Counted from the stretch's first letter, positions 48,020 to 57,910 are shown. The stretch: DNA of 64,000 nucleotides from an uncultured delta proteobacterium (GCA_963716725.1 CAVQUB010000002.1:349276-413275); one strand, 5' to 3'. The notes: generated by a model not told the origin, from the sequence alone. Numbers and translations: made by a program.

Positions 48020-48643
48020 TCACGGTCGAGCTTCTCGGTTCAGGGCGTAGGTCCCGGTCCAACTGGCCGAGTCGAGCACGTGACCCTTGATCGCGTTCAG
48101 CGCGTCCGTCCCACCAAAGCTCTCCGGAAGATCGAGGGCCGCCACATCGAGCGCGTAGATCGTGAAGGTGTAGCGGTGCAGCCGCTCGTCGTTGGCGGGT
48201 GGCCAGGGCCCATCCCAGCCGCCGTACTCGCCGCTCATCGCCGGATCGTCGGCAAACCAGTCGCTGAAGCTGTTCTTGCCGCGGCGGCCGTGCTTGGTCG
48301 GCCCGAGGGGTTTGCCCTTGGGGACGAAGGCCTCGGAGTCCGCGCCTTCTTCCAGCGAGTGAACGCTGACGGGCACGTCGACCAGGACCCAGTGGTAAAA
48401 ATCCACCCGGGGCAGATCGTAGGGCACGGTCCGATCCGGCTTGTTCACGTCGTCGGCCGTCGAGGGCACGTCGCGATCGTGGCAAATCAGGGCGAAGGAC
48501 TTGGTCCCGGAGGGGAAGTCGCTCCACGCCAGGTGGGGGCTCTGGTTCGGCCCGGGCACCGGCCCAGCCTCCCCACGGATCCCCGCTGCGAACTCTTCCG
48601 GGATGCGACCATTCGCTGCAAACGACCGACTGCCGAGCCTCAT
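48020..48643 (-). CDS. YbhB/YbcL-family Raf-kinase-inhibitor-like (PEBP) protein
   Basis: NQSPHLAWSDFPSGTKSFALICHDRD.P, DFYHWVLVDVP, HRYTFTIYALD. Confidence 0.85.
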   Translation of the reverse strand: MRLGSRSFAANGRIPEEFAAGIRGEAGPVPGPNQSPHLAWSDFPSGTKSFALICHDRDVPSTADDVNKPDRTVPYDLPRVDFYHWVLVDVPVSVHSLEEGADSEAFVPKGKPLGPTKHGRRGKNSFSDWFADDPAMSGEYGGWDGPWPPANDERLHRYTFTIYALDVAALDLPESFGGTDALNAIKGHVLDSASWTGTYALNREARP

Positions 48644-48748
48644 GAAATCCTCGCGCTAAAAGACCTGGGAAAGGTGCGACCGCCCAGCGGCCGACGGGCG
48701 ACGATGGCGCGGACCGGCCCCGGCTGCAACGGTATACTGGGGTGAACG

Positions 48749-49822
48749 ATGTCACTGCCACCTCTCAGGGCCACTTGGCCGTTGCTCGCCGTCCTTTCAC
48801 TGGCGGCCAGCTGTTCCGAAGAAGACGGGGGCGGGTCGGGAACCACCCTGACCACGCCGGACGGGGGTCCGATCGACGCAGCTCACGACGCCCACCACGA
48901 CTCCCCTGCCGATGGCGCCGCCGATGCGCTCGACGCCACGCCCTTTGACGGACCGACCCAGCTGTCCGAGACGGGGCTCTATTCCGACATCCTGACCCGC
49001 ACGCTCGCCCCCGGGGTCACCGCCTACGACGTTCGATTCCCGCTCTGGTCCGACGGCGCCGCCAAGCAGCGCTACCTGGCGCTGCCAGCCGGCACCACCA
49101 TCGACACGACCTTGATGGACGTCTGGCAATTCCCCGTCGGCACCAAGGCGTGGAAGCAGTTCAAGAAGAGCGGCAAGCTCATCGAGACGCGCCTGCTCTG
49201 GAAGCGAACCGATGGCTGGCTGATGAGCTCGTACCTGTGGAACGACGCGGGCACGGACGCCGTGGCGGTGCCCCAAGGACAGCCCGATGCGCTCGGCACC
49301 AATCACGACGTGCCCAGCGCGGAGCAATGCCAGACTTGCCACAACAACGTCGGCGACGTTCTGATCGGAGTCGCAGCGATCCAGCTCAGCAAGGAAAGTG
49401 GCGGCGGCTTCCTCTCGGAGTTGATGAATGCCGGCTCTCTCTCTCCGCCCCTGACCAGCGAATTCCCGGTGCCGGGCGACGGCACTATCGAGGAGACCCT
49501 CGGCTACTTTCACGGCAACTGCGGGCACTGTCACAACGACGAGAGCTTCGTGGGAAAGCTGCGCCCGCTGCGCTTGAAGCTGACCGTCAGCGCACAGACT
49601 CCCGAGGCGACTCCTGTCTACCTGACGGCCTTCGGCGCCGACGCGCTCCACCCGATCTTGAACACCACCAAGGTCATCGTCCCCGGCAAGCCGAACCAAA
49701 GCCAGCTCTACCAGCGCATGAACGTGCGGGACCTGAACGCGATGCCGCCGCTCGGCACAGAAGAGGTGGATTCACAGGCAATGACCACGATTTGGAAGTG
49801 GATCTCCGAACTTCCGCCCTGA
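48749..49822 (+). CDS. Lipoprotein with two CxxCH haem-c motifs (SO_2930/HNE_0200-like dihaem cytochrome c)
   Basis: Lipobox LSLAASC. FPLWSDGAAKQRYLALP...ETRLLWKR...YLWND, CQTCHNN and CGHCHND. Confidence 0.65.
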   Translation: MSLPPLRATWPLLAVLSLAASCSEEDGGGSGTTLTTPDGGPIDAAHDAHHDSPADGAADALDATPFDGPTQLSETGLYSDILTRTLAPGVTAYDVRFPLWSDGAAKQRYLALPAGTTIDTTLMDVWQFPVGTKAWKQFKKSGKLIETRLLWKRTDGWLMSSYLWNDAGTDAVAVPQGQPDALGTNHDVPSAEQCQTCHNNVGDVLIGVAAIQLSKESGGGFLSELMNAGSLSPPLTSEFPVPGDGTIEETLGYFHGNCGHCHNDESFVGKLRPLRLKLTVSAQTPEATPVYLTAFGADALHPILNTTKVIVPGKPNQSQLYQRMNVRDLNAMPPLGTEEVDSQAMTTIWKWISELPP

Positions 49823-50152
49823 CGCCCGCGGGGCGCTGCGCAGGGTGCGTTCGAGCCCGCACCGCTCGGCGGCCGGGTGAGCGCGACTGTTAGGGCTCGA
49901 TCGGGGCTCGTGGGCTTCGAACTGCCCGACTCGCGCGCCGTGGCAGTGGGCGTCGATCAAGCCCGGTAGCAGCGTCACCCCGCGCAAGTCCTGCGCGCCC
50001 GGCGGCAGTGGCTGCGCGCCCGGCCGCGGCCGAAGGGAGACGATGACGCCGCGGTCGATGTGGATCTCGTGCTCCCCCCGAACGAAGCGCTGTCCGTCGA
50101 AGAGGTGATCCGCGACGAGGAGGCTGGTTCGCTGCACGGGCACCGGCATCAC
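49772..50152 (-). pseudogene. N-terminal remnant of a metal-dependent amidohydrolase
   Basis: LVADHLFDG....IHIDRGVIVSL....LLPGLIDAHCH is the classic amidohydrolase N-terminus. Similarity stops about 15 aa later. The reading frame runs into the convergent cytochrome gene, overlapping its 3' end by about 50 nt. Confidence 0.35.
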
Positions 50153-50223
50153 CCGCCCGCGCGTGGCCGCTTCCCGCAGCGCCGGAGGCCCGCGCGCGCC
50201 CGGTTCTTGCTAAGCGCCGGAGC

Positions 50224-51006
50224 ATGAGCCACTTCGGGATGCCCGTCAGCCAGTACATGACGACCTCAATCGAGTCCGTACACCCCACCGACGACCTGGA
50301 AAGCGTGCAGCGCGCGCTCTCGAGCCAAGCCTTCTCGGCAGTCGCGGTAGTCGACGAGCGGGAGCGACTGGTGGGAGTGGTGTCGCGCACCGATCTGTTG
50401 CGCGTAGGCCGACGCCAAGCCAGCACTCGCAGCGGCGCCAGCGTGCTGGTCTTGCCACGCAAGCCCGTGCACGAGGTGATGGAACCCGACGTGCTCACGG
50501 TGAGCGCCGAGACCAGCGTCGCGGAGGCTGCCAAGCTCATGCTGCGTCACCGCGTGCATCGAGTCTTCGTCGAAATCGACGGCCATCTCGCGGGGGTGGT
50601 GTCCACGAAAGATCTGATGACCGCCGTGATCGAGACGCGGTTGACGGAGACCATCGGCAAGTTCATGTCCCATCCGGTTTTCAGCGTGAGCTTCGACGAT
50701 TCCCTGGCGGTGGCCATCGAGCGCTTGGACAAAGCCCACGTCTCGGGTCTGGTGGTGATGGAAGACGACTGGCCCATCGGTGTCTTCACCCAAATCGAAG
50801 CCCTCGAGGCCAAGGACTTGCCCCGGGACACCCAGGTCGAGCAGGCGCTCTCACCGGCAATGCTCTGCCTCGACGTCGACACCTCCCTCTATCGCGCGGC
50901 CCAACAGGCTGCGGCGATGGACGCTCGCCGCATCATCGCCGTGAAAAACCGCCGACTGGAAGGCATCCTGACGGGCCTGGATTTCGCCCGAGCGGCGTCC
51001 ACCTGA
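50224..51006 (+). CDS. CBS-domain protein (four CBS motifs)
   Basis: Repeated ..V..VMT..V.TV....S...A...M......VFV.....L.GVVS..DL.. units. 260 aa. Confidence 0.75.
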   Translation: MSHFGMPVSQYMTTSIESVHPTDDLESVQRALSSQAFSAVAVVDERERLVGVVSRTDLLRVGRRQASTRSGASVLVLPRKPVHEVMEPDVLTVSAETSVAEAAKLMLRHRVHRVFVEIDGHLAGVVSTKDLMTAVIETRLTETIGKFMSHPVFSVSFDDSLAVAIERLDKAHVSGLVVMEDDWPIGVFTQIEALEAKDLPRDTQVEQALSPAMLCLDVDTSLYRAAQQAAAMDARRIIAVKNRRLEGILTGLDFARAAST

Positions 51007-51008
51007 GT

Positions 51009-52439
51009 TCAGGGCGTACGCACCACGAGCAAGCGCAGCTCGGTCATGTCTTCGATGGCGTAGCGCACGCCCTCGCGACCGAGCCCGCTGTCCTTCACGC
51101 CGCCATAGGGCATGTTGTCGACGCGGAAGCTCGGCACGTCCCCGACCACCACCCCGCCCACCTCCAGCGCGTCCCAGGCCGCCTGTGCCTTGTACAGATC
51201 GCGGGTGAACACGCCCGCCTGAAGCCCAAAGCGGCTGTCGTTCACCTGGGCCAGCGCGTCGGAGAAATCAGCATACCGACTGAGCACCGCGACGGGGCCG
51301 AAGGCCTCATCGCAGACCAGCGGCTCCTTCCTGGGCACGTCTTCGAGCAGCGCCGGCGTGAGCAGCGCGCCGTCACGCCTCCCGCCACAGAGGAGCCGGC
51401 CGCCAGCTCGCACCGCGGATGCGATCCAGCGTTCCACGCGCTCGGCCTCCGCCACGCTGATCAGCGGTCCGACGAAAGTAGCCTCGTCCAGCGGATCGCC
51501 GCACACGAGCTCCCTGGTGCGAGCGATCAGACGCTCGCGGAGCGCGTCGTAGATCGACTCGTGGGCCAAAATGCGCTGCACGCTGATGCAGCTCTGCCCC
51601 GACTGGTAGAACGCGCCGATTGCGATGCGCGCCACCGCGTCGTCGAGATCCCAGTCGGGCTCGACGATCACAGCGGCGTTTCCCCCGAGCTCCAGCACGA
51701 CCTTCTTCTTGCCGGCGACGCGCTTCAGCTCCCAGCCCACCTCCGGTGAGCCCGTGAACGAGAGCAGCTTCAGCCTTTCGTCGGTGGTGAAGGCCCCCGC
51801 CCCAGCCCGCGAGCAGGGCAAGATCGAAAATGTGCCCGGCGGCAGGTCGGTCTCCGCCAGCACCTCGCCGATCAGCAGCGCGCCGATGGGCGTCAGGCTG
51901 GCAGGCTTGAGCACGAAGGGGCAGCCAGCGGCCAGGGCCGCCGCGACTTTGTGAGCCGCGAGGTTCAGCGGGAAGTTGAAGGGAGAAATGAACGAACACG
52001 GACCGATGGGCACACGCCGGGTCATGCCGCGGTAACCCCGGGCACGCGCGCTGATGTCCAGCGTCATCACCTCTCCCCCGATGCGGACGCTCTCTTCGGC
52101 GGCGACGCGGAAGGTGTCGATGAGGCGGGTCACTTCGCCGCGGGCATCGCGGATGGGCTTTCCCGCTTCGATGCACAGCACATGGGCCAGCTCCTCGAAA
52201 CGCTCGCGAAATCGGCCCACCGCGTAGGAGAGCACCTCTTGCCTGCGATATGCGGGCCACGCCGCAAAGAGCGGCGCCGCTGCGACGCTCAGCGCGATCC
52301 CACGCTCGATGGCGTCGTCGTCCGCGAGCGCGACGTGGGCGGCGACCTGCCCGGTGTATTTGTTGGTGACGGCCAGGCCGCGGTTCGGCGCTTCGGCGCG
52401 CCCACCGACGTAGAACGGATAGGCCTCGCGGAGCGACAT
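51009..52439 (-). CDS. NAD(P)-dependent aldehyde dehydrogenase
   Basis: ATG 52439 (MSLREAYPFYVGG...). ISPFNFPLNLAAHKVAAALAAGCPFVLKPAS, FTGSPEVG, LELGGNA, GQSCISVQR (catalytic Cys), PYGGVKDSGLGREG. Confidence 0.9.
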   Translation of the reverse strand: MSLREAYPFYVGGRAEAPNRGLAVTNKYTGQVAAHVALADDDAIERGIALSVAAAPLFAAWPAYRRQEVLSYAVGRFRERFEELAHVLCIEAGKPIRDARGEVTRLIDTFRVAAEESVRIGGEVMTLDISARARGYRGMTRRVPIGPCSFISPFNFPLNLAAHKVAAALAAGCPFVLKPASLTPIGALLIGEVLAETDLPPGTFSILPCSRAGAGAFTTDERLKLLSFTGSPEVGWELKRVAGKKKVVLELGGNAAVIVEPDWDLDDAVARIAIGAFYQSGQSCISVQRILAHESIYDALRERLIARTRELVCGDPLDEATFVGPLISVAEAERVERWIASAVRAGGRLLCGGRRDGALLTPALLEDVPRKEPLVCDEAFGPVAVLSRYADFSDALAQVNDSRFGLQAGVFTRDLYKAQAAWDALEVGGVVVGDVPSFRVDNMPYGGVKDSGLGREGVRYAIEDMTELRLLVVRTP

Positions 52440-52643
52440 CGCTTTCGGAGCTACCCCGATGCCGATCGCGGGGCAACGGCCCAGGCCTCGACGTTCAGGC
52501 GCACACCGAACGCGCCGGGGCGGCTCCGCCCGGTCCCGTGGCGCTGGCGGCCGCGCAGCAAGGTCCCACGACGCATCACCGACGCGAATAGCACGACGAC
52601 CCACGGCCCGGCCCCCCCTGCCTTGGGTCCCCCTTCCGGCCCC

Positions 52644-53951
52644 TCACGCTTCGGATTCGACCAGCGGTCGACCTTCGTCGGACGCATCGGTGTCAGGCTC
52701 GATGAACGCCCTGGCGCCCGCTCCTTCGGCGAGGGAGTACGCCTCTTCACCGTGGAGCGTGATGTCGAGCCCCTCGAGCTCTTCGTATTTGTGCGCCCGC
52801 AGCCCCATCACCTTGTCGAGCACCTTGAGCAGCGCGAAGGTGCCGACGCCAGCGAAGGCGGCCGCGGCCCCGACGCCGATCAGCTGCTCGACGAACACCC
52901 CGGTGCCTCCACGGATCAGGCCATCCTGCCCCGCCGGATTCCAGACCTTCGACGCCAATACGCCGGTGAGCAACGCGCCGAGCAGGCCGCCGACCCCGTG
53001 CACGCCGAAGACGTCGAGGCTGTCGTCGTAGCCGACCTTGTGCTTCAGCAGCACGCCGCCATAACACGCCACACCTGCGAGCAGGCCGATGAGCATGGCG
53101 CTCATGGGCCCGACGAACCCGGCGGCAGGTGTGATGGCCACCAGCCCGGCCACCAGCCCCGAGGCAACTCCCAGCGACGACGGCTTGCCGTGACGGAGCC
53201 ACTCGGCACCGGCCCACGCCATGGCCCCGACTCCCGCGGCCACGTGGGTGTTGACCAGGGCGAGGGCCGCCAACCCGTTGGCCGCCAGTGCCGAACCCGC
53301 GTTGAAGCCGAACCAACCGACCCACAGGAGCCCAGCGCCCAAGAGCGTCATCGTCAGATTGTGCGGCGGCGCCTTGCGCTTGGGGTACCCGACGCGCTTG
53401 CCGAGCACCACGGCAAAGACCAGCGCCGCCACTCCGGAAGACAAGTGCACGACCGTGCCGCCAGCAAAGTCGAGGGCGCCGCGGCTGAGCAACCACCCGC
53501 CGGGCCCCCACACCCAGTGGCAGAGCGGCGCGTAGATCAGCACCGACCAGAAGAAGGTGAACGCGACATAGGTCGAGAACTTGAGCCGCTCGGCATAGGC
53601 GCCGGAAATCAGCGCCGGAGTGATGATGGCAAACATCATCTGATACGCGCAGAACAAGAGGTGCGGGATGGTGGTTCCGGGGCGGGCCTCGAGGCCGACA
53701 CCTGCCAGAAACAGGTGCTGAAACCCGCCGACGACTCCGCCGTGCGTATCGCCAAACGCCAGTGAGTAACCAATGGTCACCCAGGCGACCGTGACGATGC
53801 CCATGGCGAAGAAGCTGTGCATGAACGTCGACATCACGTTCTTCGCGCGCACCATTCCGCCGTAAAAGAGCGCCAGGCCCGGTGTCATCAGCAGGACCAG
53901 CGCGGTCGATACCAGGACCCAGGCTGTGTCGCTCCCGTTGATCTCGTTCAT
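52644..53951 (-). CDS. amt: Ammonium transporter
   Basis: ATG 53951 gives MNEINGSDTAWVLVSTALVLLMTPGLALFYGGMVR..., DFAGGTVVHLSSG, GWFGFNAGS, DDSLDVFGVHGVGG. Confidence 0.9.
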   Translation of the reverse strand: MNEINGSDTAWVLVSTALVLLMTPGLALFYGGMVRAKNVMSTFMHSFFAMGIVTVAWVTIGYSLAFGDTHGGVVGGFQHLFLAGVGLEARPGTTIPHLLFCAYQMMFAIITPALISGAYAERLKFSTYVAFTFFWSVLIYAPLCHWVWGPGGWLLSRGALDFAGGTVVHLSSGVAALVFAVVLGKRVGYPKRKAPPHNLTMTLLGAGLLWVGWFGFNAGSALAANGLAALALVNTHVAAGVGAMAWAGAEWLRHGKPSSLGVASGLVAGLVAITPAAGFVGPMSAMLIGLLAGVACYGGVLLKHKVGYDDSLDVFGVHGVGGLLGALLTGVLASKVWNPAGQDGLIRGGTGVFVEQLIGVGAAAAFAGVGTFALLKVLDKVMGLRAHKYEELEGLDITLHGEEAYSLAEGAGARAFIEPDTDASDEGRPLVESEA

Positions 53952-53993
53952 GCACAGAAGCCTGACCGGCGCGTGTTTCGCAGGTGTTTCCTG

Positions 53994-54012
53994 TGCGTGT
54001 TGGCAACACGCA
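53994..54012. promoter_or_regulatory. 19-bp perfect palindrome upstream of amt (candidate operator or 5' hairpin)
   Basis: TGCGTGTTG-G-CAACACGCA lies about 45 nt upstream of the amt ATG. A third AACACGC copy on the coding strand lies about 20 nt closer to the start. Confidence 0.35.
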
Positions 54013-54058
54013 GACCGCGAAAAACCCCAACCTGCGACCCGCACCCACCCCCAGGCGG

Positions 54059-54682
54059 TCAGTCCGGGAACTGCATCACGGTCTTGCTGGACCGGGGATC
54101 CGAGTCAGCCGCCACCCGCAGCCCCAGCACGCGCGGATCGCTGCGCTCTAGACTGAAGACCAGGAGTTCGAACGCCCGGTACACGACGTCCTCGACTTTC
54201 AGCGTCCGCTGCCCCGCCTTCGGCGTCACCCGAGCCAGCTGCCAATCGCTCCGCCCCACTCGCTCCAGGGTGCAGACCGGCAGGCTGATCATGCGATGGT
54301 GTCGGCGCAGCGATCCGTCGGGCGCCGGCCATTGCGCCACGTGCACGTGGACGTGCGACCCCGACGCGTGGTGCGAATAGAGGTAGACGATGGAGTCGCC
54401 GAGTCGAAGCTCGAGGATGCGCAGCGCGGCGAGGCCGGTGCTGGCCTCGAGCTTCTGCAGGTTCTGCACGACCTTGATGCTGCGACCCGTCGATCCGATG
54501 AACGCCTTCGCCCGAGCGTCGACCTCTTCCATCACCCGAGTCCACATCGAGTCGAGGGCGGCCTCGGCCCACACTTCTTGATCGCGCCGGGCCTCATCGG
54601 CCTCGCGCTTCCGACGTTCCGCCTCGAGGCGATCGGACTCGATGCGCCGCATGCGGGTGAACAGCTCGTCCCAGCGCGACAA
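54059..54682 (-). CDS. Hypothetical protein (207 aa)
   Basis: High-GC3 ORF starting MSRWDELFTRMRRIESDRLEAERRKRE (charged helix). No recognised domain. Confidence 0.5.
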   Translation of the reverse strand: MSRWDELFTRMRRIESDRLEAERRKREADEARRDQEVWAEAALDSMWTRVMEEVDARAKAFIGSTGRSIKVVQNLQKLEASTGLAALRILELRLGDSIVYLYSHHASGSHVHVHVAQWPAPDGSLRRHHRMISLPVCTLERVGRSDWQLARVTPKAGQRTLKVEDVVYRAFELLVFSLERSDPRVLGLRVAADSDPRSSKTVMQFPD

Positions 54683-54740
54683 ATGCCTACTCCTAGTCTG
54701 CTACGAGCCTAGCACGACAAAGCTTCCCGGACGCGCCCCG

Positions 54741-55340
54741 ATGACTATGCTCGGCTCCCCAGTGACCCTGCGTGACACCCTCGAAGGCCTCTTGGACGAC
54801 GCGCGCGACTGGTCCGAGTCGCGCTCCCCCTGGGCGCGGCTGCCGCTCTTGGCATACCTGGTGTACGCCGGGGTGCGCCACCTGATCGATCCCATGTACC
54901 GCTCGTGGTTCGCCGGCCTCACGCTGGTCTTGCACGAGATGGGACACCTCTTTTTCAGCGCGTTCGGGCAGACCCTGATGCTGCTCGGCGGGAGCATCAC
55001 TCAGCTGGCGGTCCCGGCGCTGGTCGCGGTCTACCTGCTGTTCTTCCAGCGCGATTGGTTCGGTCTGGTGGTCGGCGTATCGTGGCTCTGCTTCAGTACC
55101 TTCGAGCTTGCCACCTACGTCGACGACGCCAACAAGAACCAGTTGGCCCTGGTGGGCTTCGGCGACAAGGTGCTTCACGACTGGGACACGCTGCTCACCC
55201 AGTGGCACCTGCTCAACCACTGCGGCACCTTCGCCTTCATCCTGCGCGCGCTGGCCACCGTGACGATGTTCGCTGCCCTCGGCTTTGGCGGCTGGCTCCT
55301 GGTCCGGATGTTCCGATCCGGGAAGGTTCCGGTGGACTAG
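54741..55340 (+). CDS. Polytopic membrane protein with HEMGH (HExxH) motif
   Basis: ATG 54741. About 5 hydrophobic segments, with LTLVLHEMGHLFF inside a TM-proximal region. M50/peptidase-like membrane proteins have this layout. Confidence 0.5.
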   Translation: MTMLGSPVTLRDTLEGLLDDARDWSESRSPWARLPLLAYLVYAGVRHLIDPMYRSWFAGLTLVLHEMGHLFFSAFGQTLMLLGGSITQLAVPALVAVYLLFFQRDWFGLVVGVSWLCFSTFELATYVDDANKNQLALVGFGDKVLHDWDTLLTQWHLLNHCGTFAFILRALATVTMFAALGFGGWLLVRMFRSGKVPVD

Positions 55341-55365
55341 CTCTGCTAGTGTCCCACCCCTCGTT

Positions 55366-55448
55366 GGCCCCTTGGCGGAATGGCAGACGCAGGGGACTTA
55401 AAATCCTCAGCCCGTAAGGGCGTCCGAGTTCGAGTCTCGGAGGGGCCA
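55366..55448 (+). tRNA. tRNA-Leu (anticodon UAA), type II with long variable arm, CCA not encoded
   Basis: Folded by hand. Acceptor GGCCCCT/AGGGGCC (7 bp), U8, 3-bp D stem GCG/CGC. Anticodon stem GGGGA/TCCTC with loop CT-TAA-AA. 15-nt variable arm. T arm CCGAG-TTCGAGT-CTCGG, discriminator A. Confidence 0.9.
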
Positions 55449-55459
55449 CTAGGAGCTGC

Positions 55460-56356
55460 TCAATCGAAGGTCACGCCTAGCGAGAATCGGCCGATGATGT
55501 CGGCGGGGAACAGCGGACCGTTCAGATCGACGATGTCTTGCAGGCCGCGGTCGCGGGCGATCAGCAGCTGACTGTCACATTTGTCGGTCGTGACCTGGCC
55601 CACCGAGGTCGCGCCCTCGGGGAAGCAGCGCTCTTGTTTGTTCAGGTGGAGGCCGAGCCCGATGCCGCCGGAGATAGTGAATGCTCCCCAACGCGAGTGC
55701 GATCCGAACATGAAGAAGGCTTCGCGCTCGGTAACCTCGACTTGGTCGATGGTGCCCGCGTCGTCTTCGGTCCGGTACTCGTACCCGTAGTTGGTCAGAC
55801 CCGCGCGGATGACGTAGCCGCGGAAGACCTCACCGCCGAGCCAGAAGCCGACGTCGATGGACGCACCGCTGATGGGGCCGACGCCGTTGGACTTCTGCAG
55901 CACGTCGGTGGACCCGCGGAAGTTCAGCGTCGGCGGCTTCTCGCTGACCACGAAGACCGGCACCAGCTCGACCGAGAGGAAGTCGAGGATCCCGATCTCC
56001 AGCTCGAGCCCGAGCCGCCCCTCGATCAACCAGTTGAAGGGATCGATGCGCGCGGACCACGGCGGCATCTCGAAGCCCCCACTGGGTTTCTGGGGCGGAG
56101 GGGGGGGCGGCGCGCTGGAGTAGTCGAGCGGCGGCAGGTTGGGATCGGATCCGCTGGGCGGACCTGCGGCGGTCGGCGGCGCGGCCTGGGGGGGCTCGGG
56201 CTCGGGCGTCGGCTCGGGCGGGGGCGTCGGCTCGTCCGCCGGCGGCGGCTCCGCAGGCGTTGGGGGCTGAGCGGTAGGTGGCGGATCTTGGGCGAAGGCC
56301 GCGGTCGGAAAGCAGAACGCGGCCGCAAGAAGCCAGGGGCTGGTGGCACGTTGCAC
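55460..56356 (-). CDS. Putative outer-membrane beta-barrel protein with Pro-rich N-terminal region
   Basis: Signal peptide (LLAAAFCFPTAAFAQ). PPTAQPPTPAEPPPADEPTPPPEPTPEPEPP linker. Alternating-hydrophobic beta-strand C-terminal half ending ...GRFSLGVTFD. Confidence 0.55.
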   Translation of the reverse strand: MQRATSPWLLAAAFCFPTAAFAQDPPPTAQPPTPAEPPPADEPTPPPEPTPEPEPPQAAPPTAAGPPSGSDPNLPPLDYSSAPPPPPPQKPSGGFEMPPWSARIDPFNWLIEGRLGLELEIGILDFLSVELVPVFVVSEKPPTLNFRGSTDVLQKSNGVGPISGASIDVGFWLGGEVFRGYVIRAGLTNYGYEYRTEDDAGTIDQVEVTEREAFFMFGSHSRWGAFTISGGIGLGLHLNKQERCFPEGATSVGQVTTDKCDSQLLIARDRGLQDIVDLNGPLFPADIIGRFSLGVTFD

Positions 56357-56427
56357 GGCTCTCGCATAGAGCCGCCGGGCGCCGAGTGGAAGCCGGGACC
56401 CGCTTTGCCCTTGGAACCCGCGCCTGG

Positions 56428-57828
56428 TCAGAACTCGGCGTTGCCCGGCGTGCGCGGATACGGGATGGCGTCGCGGATGTTCGCGAGCCCGCAGACGTAG
56501 ACCACCAATCGCTCGAGGCCGAGACCGAAGCCGGCGTGGGGCACCGTGCCGTACCGCCGGAGGTCACGGTACCACTGGTACGAAGCCTGGTTCAGGTGGG
56601 ACTCGCCCATGCGCCGGTCGAGCACGTCGAGCCGCTCTTCGCGCTGTGAGCCGCCGATGATCTCGCCGATGCCGGGCGCGAGCACGTCCATGGCCGCGAC
56701 CGTCTTTTCGTCGTCGTTGAGCCGCATGTAGAACGCCTTGATCTGCGCGGGATAGTTCATGACCACCACGGGGCACTTGAAATGCTGCTCGGTGAGGAAT
56801 CGCTCATGCTCGGTTTGCAGGTCCACGCCCCAGCTCACGGGGAACTCGAACTTCTTGCCGCTCTTCTCGAGCAACTTCACCGCGTCGCCGTAGTCGACGC
56901 GTGCAAACGAGGCTTCCACGAACTTCTCGAGGCGCTCGATGGCAGCCTTGTCCACGCGTTCGACGAAGAACGCCAGGTCATCGCTGCGCTCGTCGAGGAC
57001 GGCGCGGAACACGTACTTCAGAAAGGCCTCAGCCAGATCTGCATCGTCGTTCAGATCCGCAAAGGCGATCTCCGGCTCGACCATCCAGAACTCGGCCAGA
57101 TGGCGCGGAGTATTGGAATTCTCAGCGCGGAACGTGGGCCCGAAGGTGTAGACCTTGCTGAGCGCCAAGCAGTAGGCCTCGACCGCGAGCTGGCCGGAGA
57201 CCGTCAGGAACGCCTCTTTGCCGAAGAAGTCCTGGTTGAAGTCGATCTTGCCACCAGCGCCGCGGGGCAGGTTCTCCAGATCCAGGGTGGACACACGGAA
57301 CATCTGGCCGGCGCCCTCGCAGTCGCTGGCGGTGATGATGGGCGTGTTCACCCAGTAGAACCCCCGCTCATGAAAGAAGCGATGGATCGCCTGCGCGACC
57401 GAGTGGCGCACGCGGGAGACCGCGCCGAAGGTGTTGGTCCGCGGTCGAAGGTGCGCGACTTCGCGCAGGTACTCCATGCTGTGGGCCTTCGGCTGAATGG
57501 GATAGGTCTCCGGGTCGTCCACGAAGCCCAGCACCTGGACCGAGTTGGCCTGGATCTCGAAGGACTGTCCCTTGCCCTGGGAGCGCACCAGCTTGCCCGT
57601 GCACACCACCGCGCAGCCCGGACCGAGCCGCTGCACCTCACTCTGGTAGTTCGAGAGCGCTTGATCGGCGACGACCTGAATGGGAGCGAAGCAGGAGCCG
57701 TCGCTGACGTGAATGAAGGACAGCCCTGCTTTGCTGTCGCGGCGCGTTCGCACCCAGCCGCGGACCGTTACGTCGTGCGCTTCCGCACCGGCGCCCGAGA
57801 GCGCTTGTTTCACCGAATGGACCAGCAT
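56428..57828 (-). CDS. asnS: Asparagine--tRNA ligase
   Basis: ATG 57828 ([10 protein letters not shown]...). [73 protein letters not shown]. Confidence 0.95.
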   Translation of the reverse strand: MLVHSVKQALSGAGAEAHDVTVRGWVRTRRDSKAGLSFIHVSDGSCFAPIQVVADQALSNYQSEVQRLGPGCAVVCTGKLVRSQGKGQSFEIQANSVQVLGFVDDPETYPIQPKAHSMEYLREVAHLRPRTNTFGAVSRVRHSVAQAIHRFFHERGFYWVNTPIITASDCEGAGQMFRVSTLDLENLPRGAGGKIDFNQDFFGKEAFLTVSGQLAVEAYCLALSKVYTFGPTFRAENSNTPRHLAEFWMVEPEIAFADLNDDADLAEAFLKYVFRAVLDERSDDLAFFVERVDKAAIERLEKFVEASFARVDYGDAVKLLEKSGKKFEFPVSWGVDLQTEHERFLTEQHFKCPVVVMNYPAQIKAFYMRLNDDEKTVAAMDVLAPGIGEIIGGSQREERLDVLDRRMGESHLNQASYQWYRDLRRYGTVPHAGFGLGLERLVVYVCGLANIRDAIPYPRTPGNAEF

Positions 57829-57910
57829 CGTCGTCGCTCCTTGGCAGCGGGCGCGGATGATACCGAATCGTGGTGGTTCGGCCAGGGGAACGCGGTATCG
57901 TCGGATCGCC

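Noticed and set aside
52440-52604. 55-codon N-terminal extension of the aldehyde dehydrogenase ORF
   Set aside because: The extension is Arg/Pro/Ala-rich with no homology-like features. MSLREAYPFYVGG at 52439 matches typical ALDH N-termini.
51951-53765. 604-aa plus-strand ORF
   Set aside because: It spans the antisense of both the aldehyde dehydrogenase and amt genes and the gap between them. This is not plausible as a gene.
55366-55448. tRNA-Leu as an integration site for a genomic island
   Set aside because: No integrase, phage or plasmid genes flank it, and no repeat of the tRNA 3' end was seen nearby. The neighbours are an OMP and asnS.
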